From Dehalococcoidia bacterium (GTDB taxonomy: Bacteria; Chloroflexota; Dehalococcoidia; Lucifugimonadales; UBA3495), in assembly GCA_965232895.1 (NCBI GenBank), contig OZ247430.1, positions 3,601,343-3,665,342 of the forward strand: a DNA stretch of 64,000 nt, read 5' to 3'. The notes below the pieces were generated by a model. That model saw only the letters and a program-made list of their open reading frames with translations. It was not told the origin of the DNA and made no database searches. The translations under genes and the position numbers were made by a program. Shown one piece after another: positions 1-9,254 of this stretch (position 1 is the first letter of the stretch; the number at the start of each line of letters is the position of its first letter).

Positions 1-1
1 C

Positions 2-190
2 CCTCTCATCGACCGCTACGCCGCCGATCCCATGATGCCCGACCGCATCTACATCTACCGGCTGCCCATTCTGGACATTTGCGACACCCGCCAGGACGTC
101 GTCCGCGAAGTGCGGACCACGCTACTGCACGAAATCGGCCACTACCTGGGCCTCAGTGAGCATGATCTGGACCGGCTGGGCTACGCCTGA
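2..190 (+). CDS. Zincin-like metallopeptidase family protein, 3' part (cut by window edge)
   Basis: Manual translation of frame 2: ...PDRIYIYRLPILDIC...VRTTLLHEIGHYLGLSEHDLDRLGYA*, with HExxH motif; not in ORF track. Confidence 0.85.
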   Translation, partial: PLIDRYAADPMMPDRIYIYRLPILDICDTRQDVVREVRTTLLHEIGHYLGLSEHDLDRLGYA

Positions 191-200
191 TATCCGGCAA

Positions 201-749
201 ATGTCCTGGGGGAACCGCCTGGCCTGGCTGATCGGCAGCGGATTTGGCAGCGGCCTTTCGCCTCTGGCCCCGGGCACCGCCGGCGCCGCTGCGGCTGCTG
301 GCCTGTATTGCGTCCTGATGGTCCTGCTCGATCTGGCCTGGCCTTCGTCCATCGCTCCCCGGCTGATCGTCCTGGCGGCCATGATCATCGGCGGTACCGT
401 CGTCGGCGTCTGGGCCACGGGCCGCATGTCCACCGACGCCAACCCCGACCCCGGCTCAGCGGTCTGGGACGAGTTCGTCGGCATGTGGATTTCGTTGATC
501 CCAACCGCCTGGGCGACCTGGCACCTGCCTTCGATCATGGTTCCGCCCTGGTGGCCCATCTGGTGGGTGGCGCTGTGCTTTTTCACCTTCCGCGCTTTCG
601 ACACCCTCAAGCCCTGGCCCTGCCGGGGCCTGGAAGATCTCCACGGCGGCTGGGGGATCATGCTGGACGACATAGCAGCCGGCGTCTGGGCCCTCCTCGT
701 CTCTACCCTGCTCTACTTTGCCATCATGGCGGCGATGGTCTACCTCTAG
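201..749 (+). CDS. pgpA: Phosphatidylglycerophosphatase A
   Basis: GSGLSPLAPGTAG, DPGSAVWDEFVG, FRAFDTLKPWP and GWGIMLDD motifs; ATG 201 chosen just after the upstream stop. Confidence 0.9.
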   Translation: MSWGNRLAWLIGSGFGSGLSPLAPGTAGAAAAAGLYCVLMVLLDLAWPSSIAPRLIVLAAMIIGGTVVGVWATGRMSTDANPDPGSAVWDEFVGMWISLIPTAWATWHLPSIMVPPWWPIWWVALCFFTFRAFDTLKPWPCRGLEDLHGGWGIMLDDIAAGVWALLVSTLLYFAIMAAMVYL

Positions 750-1294
750 CCGGCGGTCTGGTCCCCCGGGACCGAGAACAGGCCCGAGAGCGCCGTTCTC
801 TCCAGCGCCTGCATCGCCTCCCGTTCCTCGTCGTCATAGTGGTCGTGGCCCAGCAGATGCAGCGTCCCGTGCACGATCAGCAGCGCCAACTCCCGTTGTA
901 GCGGCGTCCCCTGATCTTCCGCCTGGCGCGCGGCCTGCGGAACCGAAACGATGATCTCCCCCAACGGCGGCGGCTCGCCATCCGGCAGCGGCCATCCCGG
1001 AGGCGCGTCTTCACCCGCGCTCGGCGCTTCGTCGTCTCCTTCCCAGTGGCCCCAGTGCTCGAACGAAAACGACAGCACGTCCGTGGTTCGGTCCACTCCC
1101 CGGTAGTCCCGGTTCAACCGTCGCACCGTCTCGTCATCCGTCAGCAGCAGGCTGATTTGCCCGTGGGTTTCCGCCGGCAGAGATCCGGCCAGGCCGTGCC
1201 GGACCGCGGTCTCCAACCATTCGGCATCTTCAAGTTCAGCCCAACGTTCGGGAACGTCGGTTTGCACCGTTACCACAATATCGGGGAGCAACAT
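746..1294 (-). CDS. ybeY: rRNA maturation endoribonuclease YbeY
   Basis: LNRDYRGVDRTTDVLSF and HGTLHLLGHDH motifs; GGAGG RBS upstream of ATG 1294. Confidence 0.93.
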   Translation of the reverse strand: MLLPDIVVTVQTDVPERWAELEDAEWLETAVRHGLAGSLPAETHGQISLLLTDDETVRRLNRDYRGVDRTTDVLSFSFEHWGHWEGDDEAPSAGEDAPPGWPLPDGEPPPLGEIIVSVPQAARQAEDQGTPLQRELALLIVHGTLHLLGHDHYDDEEREAMQALERTALSGLFSVPGDQTAG

Positions 1295-1372
1295 GACCAC
1301 CTCCACAAAAATCATCGTCCCGATGGCCCCGTGATACAATTGCTTGCGTAGCTTCGGACTTAGGACGATGCA

Positions 1373-1846
1373 ATGAGCGAAGAGCAGTTTACCCCCAACT
1401 CTGACCCCGGCGATGATCGTTGGGCGGACTATGCCCTGCCGGAAGAGGGAGTCGCCGACCTCGCCGACCGGTTGGTGGAGTTTCTACCGGAACATGAAGA
1501 AAACGATCCTCCGCTCATCATCGGCCAGGTGCTGGACGACTTCATTGACCAGTCCGGCTCCATGCCCGAAAATCTGCGCGAGGAAGACGCCCACGCTGTG
1601 ATCTGCCAGATGCAGATGGCGGTCACCCTGGCTTACCAGTTGGGTCGGCTGGAGTCGCGCTCCCCGGAAATGGTGCGCCGGTTCATCCTCGAGGCCATCG
1701 AAAAGTGGGAGGCCAAACCACTTTCCGATTCGCTCGATTTCGTTGAAACCGATTTCCGAAAGCCCAAGGAACTGGTGCTGCCCCGCTTGCGTCGCTGGTG
1801 GCAGGAAAACCTCGCTGCCGAAGACTATTACTGGGACGAAGACTGA
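1373..1846 (+). CDS. Hypothetical acidic protein
   Basis: 157-aa ORF with host-like codon use and an AGGA RBS; no motif recognised. Confidence 0.7.
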   Translation: MSEEQFTPNSDPGDDRWADYALPEEGVADLADRLVEFLPEHEENDPPLIIGQVLDDFIDQSGSMPENLREEDAHAVICQMQMAVTLAYQLGRLESRSPEMVRRFILEAIEKWEAKPLSDSLDFVETDFRKPKELVLPRLRRWWQENLAAEDYYWDED

Positions 1847-1945
1847 CTCCCGGTCAGCAAGTTTCCGGGGCGCAATTCGCGCGTCGCGCGCTCCTCCCGT
1901 CCACCGGCCCTCGCGTTGAACGTTGATTTGGAGGGAACCAATCCG

Positions 1946-3124
1946 ATGACCACCGCCACTTATGACCTGGTGCTGTCGGGCGGCAACCTGCTGGACCCGG
2001 CCCAGGGCATCAACGACGAACCCCGCGACATCGCCTTCAAGGACGGCAAGGTCGCCGCAATCGCCGAGCAAATCGACCCGGCCTCCGCCGCTCAGTCCAT
2101 CGACGCCAGCGGCAAGTTGATTACCCCCGGCCTCATTGACCTCCACGGCCATTTCTACCACGGTGGCAGCGGCAGCGCCGTCCACGCCGACCAGACTTGC
2201 CTGGGCAGCGGCGTGACCACCGGCGTTGACGCGGGTTCTGCCGGGTTCCTCAACTACGGCGCCATGCGCGACTACGTATTTCCGGCGCACCGCACCCGGC
2301 TGCTCGCCTTCCTGCACATCGGAGCCGTTGGTTTGGCGGCCAATCGTGTGCTCGGCGGCGGCCTGCACGACATGCGCATCATTGACGTGGAGCAGACCGT
2401 CCAGGCCATCAAGGAGAACCCCGGTTTCATCTTCGGTGTCAAGGTCCGCATGCACTTCGACGCCGTGGCCCGGTGGAACGCCCACGAGGCCATGGCCCGA
2501 GCCCGCGAAGCCGCCAGTGAGGCCGGGGTCCGCCTCATGGTGCACGTCAGCGGCACGCCCATCCCCCTGCCCGACGTGCTTGAGCACCTCGGCCCCGGTG
2601 ACATCTCCACCCACGCCTTCAACGGCTTCCCGGAGAACATGCTGGACAACTCCGGCAAGATTCGCCCGGAGGTCCGCGCCGCCGCTGACCGTGGCGTTGT
2701 CATGGACGTCGGACACGCCGGCATCCACTGCGACGTCGAGGTCGTGAAAGCGGCCATGGACCAGGGTGTCATCCCCGATACCATCAGCACCGACGTGCAC
2801 ATCGCGCCGGCCGGCCGCATCGTCTACCTGATGAACGACCTGGTCAGCAAATTCCATGCCCTGGGTATGCCACTGGCCGACGCCATAACCGCAAGCACGA
2901 GCCGGCCCGCCGAGATTCTGGGCCTGCAGGACAATATCGGTTCCCTGGCCGTCGGCATGGAAGGCGATGCCGCGGTTTGGGAAAAGCGTCAGGGAAGATT
3001 CGTTTGGCACGACATGGCCGGTCACAACGTCGATGGGGCGCTCCGACTGGACACCTTTGCCACCATCAAGGGAGGCGTCACCGCCTGGCGGGAGGGTCGC
3101 CTCTTGCAGATGGGCGAATGCTAG
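1946..3124 (+). CDS. Amidohydrolase/deacetylase family metallohydrolase (dihydroorotase-like)
   Basis: PGLIDLHGH, GVKVR, MVH, STH and STD metal-ligand motifs. Confidence 0.88.
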   Translation: MTTATYDLVLSGGNLLDPAQGINDEPRDIAFKDGKVAAIAEQIDPASAAQSIDASGKLITPGLIDLHGHFYHGGSGSAVHADQTCLGSGVTTGVDAGSAGFLNYGAMRDYVFPAHRTRLLAFLHIGAVGLAANRVLGGGLHDMRIIDVEQTVQAIKENPGFIFGVKVRMHFDAVARWNAHEAMARAREAASEAGVRLMVHVSGTPIPLPDVLEHLGPGDISTHAFNGFPENMLDNSGKIRPEVRAAADRGVVMDVGHAGIHCDVEVVKAAMDQGVIPDTISTDVHIAPAGRIVYLMNDLVSKFHALGMPLADAITASTSRPAEILGLQDNIGSLAVGMEGDAAVWEKRQGRFVWHDMAGHNVDGALRLDTFATIKGGVTAWREGRLLQMGEC

Positions 3125-3297
3125 GCAGTGTTGACATTTCGCGTCATTCCGGCGAAAGAACGTCACCCCGTACTTGATAGGGGCCGGAATCCAGTGCGCC
3201 AAAGAAGGGTGAAATCGGGCAGACTTTCCGATGGCAAAGGTATCTGGGTTCCTGCTTTCGCAGGAACGACAGGTAATTGCCAAATGTCAACACTACC
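3124..3297. mobile_element. MITE copy A (174 bp), inserted at the amidohydrolase stop codon
   Basis: Terminal inverted repeats GGCAGTGTTGACATTT...AAATGTCAACACTACC; flanks TA/TG; internal palindromes; second copy at 21835-22187. Confidence 0.85.
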
Positions 3298-3473
3298 TGG
3301 GCTCACACTGCATTCTGAGGTGGTCGCACCGCCGTTAGGTCGCCTGCTCCGCCCATTTGCGAGCCGGATCCTGCGGAGTGGCGTACCCACCGGTGCATAA
3401 ACCTTTGTTGGGGCGAGGGATACGCATTCCGGCAGCCGTCCGCGACGCCCGCAAAGCGGTATCCACCCTCTCC

Positions 3474-3502
3474 TTGACGCTGCGATATCCGACTGATACG
3501 GT
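3474..3502 (+). promoter_or_regulatory. Putative sigma70 promoter for the PAC2 gene
   Basis: TTGACG-17 nt-TACGGT with a TGn extension. Confidence 0.4.
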
Positions 3503-3513
3503 GAGGACACGTT

Positions 3514-4407
3514 ATGCGCATTGGTGAATTTGACATCGCGGAACCACTGCCGGAGTTGCACGAGCCCCACATGCTGGCCGTGCTCCGCCCGTGGATCGAC
3601 GTCGGAAACGTGGGCAGCCTGTCCCTTGGCAGGATTGAGCGTCACCTGCGCAGCCAGGAACTCGGGCGTCTCTACCGCCCCGGCCGCTATTACGACTTTA
3701 CCCGCTATCGCCCGCGCTCCTATCTCGTCAACGGCCGCCGGGAAGTCACCATCCCCAACACGATCATCCGTTACGCCAACCCCGAAGACGGCCCGCATCT
3801 GCTCACGGCCCATCTCCTGGAGCCTCATCTCTACGGAGAGGACTACTCCGACGCGCTGCTGGACATCATCAATTACTTCGGCGTGAAGCAGTATTCCCTC
3901 ATCGGTGGCATGTACGACATGGTTCCCCACACCCGCCCGCTGGTGGTTTCCGGTTTGGGCACCGGGGACAACGTGGAACGCGACTACCAGATCGCCAACG
4001 CTCGCGCCAGCAGTTACGAGGGTCCCACAACCATCACGTACACCGTCAGCCAGACCGCGGCCCAGACGGGAGTGGAGACCCGCGCCTTCGTCGTGCACCT
4101 TCCCCAGTATCTGACCCTGGACGACGATCACCAGGGTGCGGCCCGCATGATGGACCTGCTGTGTCGCCTGTACAACCTTCCCGACTACATCGCGCAGACC
4201 GAACGCGGCCAGAAGCAGTACGACGAGCTTACTCCCAACGACGGGCAGATCCCCACCGGCGATACCCTCACGCGCATCGAAGAGATGTACGACAGCGAAT
4301 ACGGCGGCGACGAGCAGACCGAGCCGACCACGCCGTTGCCGTCCAGCATCGAAGAATTCCTCCAGGGTCTGGGCGCGGATCTCGGCGACGACGAGGAGAA
4401 CCGATAG
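3514..4407 (+). CDS. PAC2 family protein (proteasome assembly chaperone-like)
   Basis: PWIDVGNVG, YYDFTRYRP, EPH, MVPHTRP and YEGPT motifs. Confidence 0.85.
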   Translation: MRIGEFDIAEPLPELHEPHMLAVLRPWIDVGNVGSLSLGRIERHLRSQELGRLYRPGRYYDFTRYRPRSYLVNGRREVTIPNTIIRYANPEDGPHLLTAHLLEPHLYGEDYSDALLDIINYFGVKQYSLIGGMYDMVPHTRPLVVSGLGTGDNVERDYQIANARASSYEGPTTITYTVSQTAAQTGVETRAFVVHLPQYLTLDDDHQGAARMMDLLCRLYNLPDYIAQTERGQKQYDELTPNDGQIPTGDTLTRIEEMYDSEYGGDEQTEPTTPLPSSIEEFLQGLGADLGDDEENR

Positions 4408-4438
4408 CCTCTTCCACTGTGTCGGGGCTGTTTGACCA

Positions 4439-5770
4439 ATGGTTGCCGCATCGGGTTCCACCAGCGTCCGGACGCCTGTAGCGGAGCTTCTCCAGAAGCT
4501 CATCCGCTTCGACACCACCAATCCGCCCGGTAATGAAACCGGTTGCGCTGTCTATTGTCGGGACGTGCTCGCCGACGCCGGCATCTCCGCTGAGCTGGTG
4601 GGCAACGATCCCGACCGCCTCAACGTCATCAGTCGCCTGCCCGGCCGCGGCGACGCTCCGCCGCTGCTTCTGTACGGCCACATTGACGTGGTACCCACTG
4701 CCGCGCAGCCGTGGGACGTCCCGCCCTTCGAGGGTCGCCTGCAGCACGATTACGTCTGGGGCCGCGGGGCGTTGGACATGAAAGGCGGCGTAGCCATGAT
4801 GATGGACGCCGTCATCCGCGCTCACCAAGAGGACGCCAGCCTCCCCGGCGACGTGATCCTCGCGCTGGTCAGCGATGAGGAAGCAGGCGGCAACACCGGC
4901 GCCGCCTGGCTGGCCCGAACCCGCCCCGAGATGTTCGCCGGCGTCCGCTATGCCATCGGGGAGTTTGGCGGCTTCAGCAAGACCTACCGGGGCCGCAAGT
5001 TCTACATGGTCCAGGTCGCCGAGAAGCAGGGTTGCCTCGTGCAGGCCGTGGCCCGTGGCCCCGGCGGACACGGCTCGCTCGTGCACCACGACACTGCGCC
5101 CACCCGCATGTCCCAGTTCCTGGTCAAGCTCGACCGCACGCCGTTGCCGTTCCACGTCCATCCGGTCACCCGCATGATGATCGAGGCTATGGCCGGCCGC
5201 CTGCCCCTGGCCGACGGAACGTTTTTACGGTTGCTTTTGAACCCCGCGTTCACCGGACGCATGCTGCGTCGCATGGGAACCGTGGGCCGCGAAATGGAGC
5301 CCCTGTTCCGGCACACCGCCAACGCCACGGTGATCGCCGGCGGCGAAAAGACCAACGTCATCCCCAGCGAGGTGACCGTCACCCTCGACTGCCGGATGCT
5401 CCCCGGCTGCGACGCCGAGGACCTGCTCGGCGAATTGCAGCACATTGCCGGCCCCGACATTGAGCTCCAGGCCATCCGCTTCGAGCCCAAGCCCTGGGTC
5501 CTGAACATGGGTCTGTTCGATACCTTGTCCGACATCATTAAGGAACAGGACCCAGAGGGCGTCTCCGTGCCCATGCTCATGCCGGCCGGAACCGACGGCC
5601 GCCATTTTGCGACGCTGGGCATCCAGACCTATGGCTGGATGCCCATGAACCTGCCCGCCGACTTCGACTTTCTCAAGACCATCCACGCGGCCAACGAGCG
5701 GGTGCCTGTTTCAGCATTGCAGTTTGGGGCCGAAGCCCTGTTCCAGTTGCTGCAACGTTTCCACGACTGA
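4439..5770 (+). CDS. M20/M25/M40 family metallopeptidase (ArgE/DapE-like)
   Basis: DTTNPPGNE, GHIDVV, GRGALDMK, DEEAGG and IHAANE motifs. Confidence 0.9.
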   Translation: MVAASGSTSVRTPVAELLQKLIRFDTTNPPGNETGCAVYCRDVLADAGISAELVGNDPDRLNVISRLPGRGDAPPLLLYGHIDVVPTAAQPWDVPPFEGRLQHDYVWGRGALDMKGGVAMMMDAVIRAHQEDASLPGDVILALVSDEEAGGNTGAAWLARTRPEMFAGVRYAIGEFGGFSKTYRGRKFYMVQVAEKQGCLVQAVARGPGGHGSLVHHDTAPTRMSQFLVKLDRTPLPFHVHPVTRMMIEAMAGRLPLADGTFLRLLLNPAFTGRMLRRMGTVGREMEPLFRHTANATVIAGGEKTNVIPSEVTVTLDCRMLPGCDAEDLLGELQHIAGPDIELQAIRFEPKPWVLNMGLFDTLSDIIKEQDPEGVSVPMLMPAGTDGRHFATLGIQTYGWMPMNLPADFDFLKTIHAANERVPVSALQFGAEALFQLLQRFHD

Positions 5771-5815
5771 CGCGACGTCACACGCGAAAGTCTATTGTCG
5801 TCAAGTTCAACCTGA

Positions 5816-6226
5816 TTAGAGGTCAGGAGACCAGTCAAAAGTGGTTCGCTTGAGGCGTTCTTTGATGGCACGTCGGGCTCGTCTCAGCGCATTGCCGGAG
5901 AGTTCCGATAAATCGTGGAACTCCACGTTGTAGTGATATGGGTTATGCGGTTCAGGAGCGTATACTAGGGTTCCGCCGGCGGCTTCCAGCTCTGCCGCGG
6001 TATAGGTGATAGAGCCTGCTGGCAACGACCATCCGCGGGCTGAACGATAAGAACTGTGGATAGCGTACAGTTCGACTGGTTCGGGGTTACTTTCCGGCCC
6101 GGGGCCGTCTACTGACAGGTCCGGCGGTTCCCTGTTGGTTTTAGGCTGGAATACCGCTTCCTGTATTTTCGCCTCTTGGTACTGATTGCTCCAAACTTGC
6201 AGCCAGTACATTCCCGTATCGGTCAA
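5816..6226 (-). CDS. Hypothetical protein, possibly ADP-ribosyltransferase/RES-like toxin
   Basis: 136-aa ORF in a lower-GC islet; F-x-P...DLSVD...PHNPYH pattern. Confidence 0.5.
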   Translation of the reverse strand: MTDTGMYWLQVWSNQYQEAKIQEAVFQPKTNREPPDLSVDGPGPESNPEPVELYAIHSSYRSARGWSLPAGSITYTAAELEAAGGTLVYAPEPHNPYHYNVEFHDLSELSGNALRRARRAIKERLKRTTFDWSPDL

Positions 6227-6605
6227 CTTCTACCCCCAGCTCCGAGGCGATTTGCCGCCAAGCGTCTCCGCTGGTCAAGTCAATGTCCAGCGCGAGCTCT
6301 TCTTCGCCAACGGCCTGGTTATACGACCGGCAGAGGTAGCCCGTCTTGCCAACCGTGTTTATTTCCAGCGTCACGGTCTCACTGGCGGATATCCAGTACA
6401 GGCATATCATGGCGTCTTCCGGTCCGGTTCCGATGTAAGGCTGGGGGTACGATGTACTCCATTTGCCGGCCAAAACGGTGCGCAGCCAGATAATATCGTC
6501 CAGCACTGGCCAAGCGTGTTCAGTGGGTTCCCAATCGCGCGCCATGACGGCGATTTCGTCTAACCGCTCATCGACCGATGCGACGGGATTTTCGAAAGCC
6601 TGCAT
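6141..6605 (-). CDS. Hypothetical protein (true 3' end may be near 6230)
   Basis: 154-aa ORF overlapping the next gene by 86 nt. Confidence 0.5.
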   Translation of the reverse strand: MQAFENPVASVDERLDEIAVMARDWEPTEHAWPVLDDIIWLRTVLAGKWSTSYPQPYIGTGPEDAMICLYWISASETVTLEINTVGKTGYLCRSYNQAVGEEELALDIDLTSGDAWRQIASELGVEVDRYGNVLAASLEQSVPRGENTGSGIPA

Positions 6606-6702
6606 TTTGACTAAACTGGCGTAGCAGTCTGGAACTTCCCAAACGTGGGTTGCGGTGTGGTTTTCCAGTGATTGGCCTGAGACGGCACCACCTCTGATAC
6701 CA

Positions 6703-7827
6703 TTACTCCGATAGATAACCCGTTACCGTGGCCCGCAGGCGGTCGGCGTGACCGACAATGTCGTCGGGTGAATCAATCCGATGGAGGGAGGTGTTCCGGG
6801 TGCCCAAGTTACCCCGACCTTCTTCGATCAACTCCAGGTACTTGACGGTTTTGGCATTAAAGCGCAACCGGCATATTGGCCGCTGGTTGTTGTCGTCTAG
6901 GAGCACGCCACAATATGACTTGGTGTCTCGCATCACGACACGCTCTGGGTCCACCACCTGGGCCACGATGCTTCGCACTATCTCGTAGCCTGCTACTTCT
7001 TCTACGGTGGTAATGATGTCCTTCGGCTCTTCCGCTTCATCCGATTCTACGGAGGATTCGCCAGGGTCGACTTCATCCGCGGCTATTACGGCCGGGCTAT
7101 CGTAAACAGTATATGCAATGTCTGTGGCCCTCTGCAACGTATCGTTAATCCGGTCATTAACGAAACCCTGAAAAGCCAGCTTCACCAACCCGGCGAACTG
7201 CTCGGAGCGAGCTTGGGTCATTCGGCCCGTATAAACTTTGCGAGCCAGCAGCTCGACGAATGGGCCATCCGGCTGGCCGTACGCATGGGCCAAGTATTCT
7301 TTCATGCCGCGAATATACTTCATATTCGCGGCAGCGGCACAAGCTTCGTCCGCGTCAAAAGTTGGCTTGGCAAAGTAGTTCAGCGCGGTTATGTCACGAG
7401 AGTTTGTGGCAGTTAAGTCAATTTCAAGGAATGGCTCACTGTCCATTACATTGTCAGCTTCGAGATCGCTGAAAAACTTATAGACCACCCCGTTGGTCAA
7501 CAGCCCGATACGTGCTTGGGTTACGCCAAAGTAACGGGCGAGCTGGGATGCGCCGGATATGTGCAGCGGGTCAGACACTTTCTTGCATTCAATCAGAAGG
7601 GCGGGTTTCTCCTCACGCATTATTGCGTAGTCAACTTTTTCGCCATGTCTCAAGCCGAAATCAGCGGTGAATTCAGGAACCACTTCGGTAGGGTCGAAGA
7701 TGTCGTAGCCCAAGGCACTGATAAAGGGTAAAACCAGTGCGTGCTTGGTGGCCTCTTCGGTTGCCAGATTATCCCGTTGCAACGCCACACGCTCTGACAG
7801 AGATTCTAAGGCAGTGCGGGATACCAT
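6703..7827 (-). CDS. HsdR_N-type restriction endonuclease-domain protein (COG4748-like)
   Basis: TEEATKHALVLPFISALGYD, EKVDYAI...LIECK, LTNG and RDTKSYC...LDDNN...PICRL motifs; AGGAGG RBS. Confidence 0.88.
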   Translation of the reverse strand: MVSRTALESLSERVALQRDNLATEEATKHALVLPFISALGYDIFDPTEVVPEFTADFGLRHGEKVDYAIMREEKPALLIECKKVSDPLHISGASQLARYFGVTQARIGLLTNGVVYKFFSDLEADNVMDSEPFLEIDLTATNSRDITALNYFAKPTFDADEACAAAANMKYIRGMKEYLAHAYGQPDGPFVELLARKVYTGRMTQARSEQFAGLVKLAFQGFVNDRINDTLQRATDIAYTVYDSPAVIAADEVDPGESSVESDEAEEPKDIITTVEEVAGYEIVRSIVAQVVDPERVVMRDTKSYCGVLLDDNNQRPICRLRFNAKTVKYLELIEEGRGNLGTRNTSLHRIDSPDDIVGHADRLRATVTGYLSE

Positions 7828-7898
7828 AAATTCCTCCTGTTTTCGCTCTAATAGCTTCCCGCTCTTCCGTGAGCGGCGCAGGTTCCGGCGGGCATGGA

Positions 7899-8276
7899 TT
7901 ATGTCGCCGCTTCGGGGCTGACGGACGAGGCTCCCTTGGCGACTTCAATCAGCCGCTCGAAGGCGTCCGGATCCCGAACCGCCATGTCCGCCAGCATCTT
8001 GCGGTCGATCTCGATGCCGGCCACGTTAAGGCCGTGCATGAACTGGCTATAGGTCATGTCGTGCTGGCGGCAGGCCGCCCCGATCCGGATGATCCACAGT
8101 CGCCGGAATTCGCCCTTGCGCTGCCGACGGTGGCGGTACGCGTGGCTCCACGCGTGCATCACCGCTTCTTTGGCCCACTTGTAATTTCGACCCGATGACG
8201 CCTGGTAACCCTTGGCGGCTTTGATGATCTTCTTGTGTCGGGCGCGTTTGGTGACGCCCCTTTTGACTCTTGGCAC
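7899..8276 (-). CDS. rplT: 50S ribosomal protein L20
   Basis: MPRVKRGV...[15 protein letters not shown]...DRKMLA. Confidence 0.98.
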   Translation of the reverse strand: MPRVKRGVTKRARHKKIIKAAKGYQASSGRNYKWAKEAVMHAWSHAYRHRRQRKGEFRRLWIIRIGAACRQHDMTYSQFMHGLNVAGIEIDRKMLADMAVRDPDAFERLIEVAKGASSVSPEAAT

Positions 8277-8294
8277 GGTTCAGGATTCTCCAGT

Positions 8295-8495
8295 TTAGAC
8301 GTCGTAGGGTACCAGCCGGCTGAGACGCTTCACGTCCGCGTCGGCGAAGCCAACCTTCTGCGCGAATTTCCGCGTGACTTTCTTCGGCTTCTTGCGCCGG
8401 AGGTGACTGCTCATCCGCTTGCGGCGGAGCAGTTTGCCAGAGCCCGTCACGTGTATGCGGGCTTTGGCCCCTTTGTGGGTTTTCAGTTTGGGCAT
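8295..8495 (-). CDS. rpmI: 50S ribosomal protein L35
   Basis: MPKLKTHKGAKARIHVTGSGK. Confidence 0.97.
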   Translation of the reverse strand: MPKLKTHKGAKARIHVTGSGKLLRRKRMSSHLRRKKPKKVTRKFAQKVGFADADVKRLSRLVPYDV

Positions 8496-8501
8496 GTGCG
8501 A

Positions 8502-9056
8502 TTATTCCGTAGCTACTGCTTCCTTTCGTTCGTTGCGAGCTGTGATCGTTGGGTTGGGTATCAGGACCATGGACATGGCCCGGCCTTCCATCGACGGTTG
8601 CTGTTCCAGCCGAATGTCGTCTTTCATCTCTTCAGCTACCCGCTTCAAGAGCGAAAGACCGTTTTGCTGGTGCACCGCTTCACGTCCACGGAACCGCACC
8701 GTCAGCTTGACCTTGTCGCCATTGCCGATGAACTGGCGCACCTTCCGGAGCTTGGCGTCGAAATCATGGGTGCCGATGTTGGGACGGAACCGAACTTCCT
8801 TCAGCTCGTTGCTTTTCTGGGATTTGCGGGTCTCGCGTTCCTTCTTGGACGAGAGATACCGGAGTTTTCCGTAGTCCAGCAGCCGTGCGACCGGCGGATC
8901 GGCGTTGGGCGCCACTTCCACCAGGTCAAGGTCATTCATCCGCGCCCTGGAGAGGGCGTCGGACACCGTCATCACGCCAAGCTGCTCGCCATCTTCTCCG
9001 ATTACCCGTACCCGCGGGACGCGTATCTGTTCGTTGACCCTGTACTGTCTGGCTAT
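8502..9056 (-). CDS. infC: Translation initiation factor IF-3 (non-canonical ATA start)
   Basis: RVNEQIR...DLDLVEVAPNADPPV...KEVRFRP; ATA at 9056 follows a perfect AAGGAGGTGA Shine-Dalgarno. Confidence 0.95.
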   Translation of the reverse strand: MARQYRVNEQIRVPRVRVIGEDGEQLGVMTVSDALSRARMNDLDLVEVAPNADPPVARLLDYGKLRYLSSKKERETRKSQKSNELKEVRFRPNIGTHDFDAKLRKVRQFIGNGDKVKLTVRFRGREAVHQQNGLSLLKRVAEEMKDDIRLEQQPSMEGRAMSMVLIPNPTITARNERKEAVATE

Positions 9057-9130
9057 GACGTCACCTCCTTGGTGGTGCGTAACGTATAAGGCTGGGACCG
9101 GAAACAGTCCCAACCGCTCTTCGTTGCACT

Positions 9131-9159
9131 ATTCTAGCGGCGGCCTACCGGGCAGTCAA
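9131..9159 (-). promoter_or_regulatory. Sigma70 promoter of infC-rpmI-rplT
   Basis: TTGACT-17 nt-TAGAAT on the minus strand. Confidence 0.7.
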
Positions 9160-9254
9160 CGGTTCGAGAAACGGTTTAGGTCGACGCAGGTACTCGCCGC
9201 GGTATCTGTCTTTCCAATTGCGAGCGCGGTTGGAGGTTTGGTCTCACGCCGCAA

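Noticed and set aside
1484-3283. Long antisense ORFs (also 3163-4521, 12119-13966, 26465-27910, 38506-40158, 43164-44651)
   Set aside because: Shadow frames of real genes in high-GC DNA, with no motifs of their own.
3128-3400. 90-aa ORF with VIPAK/WVPAFAG
   Set aside because: Translation of the MITE's palindromic cargo, not a supported gene.
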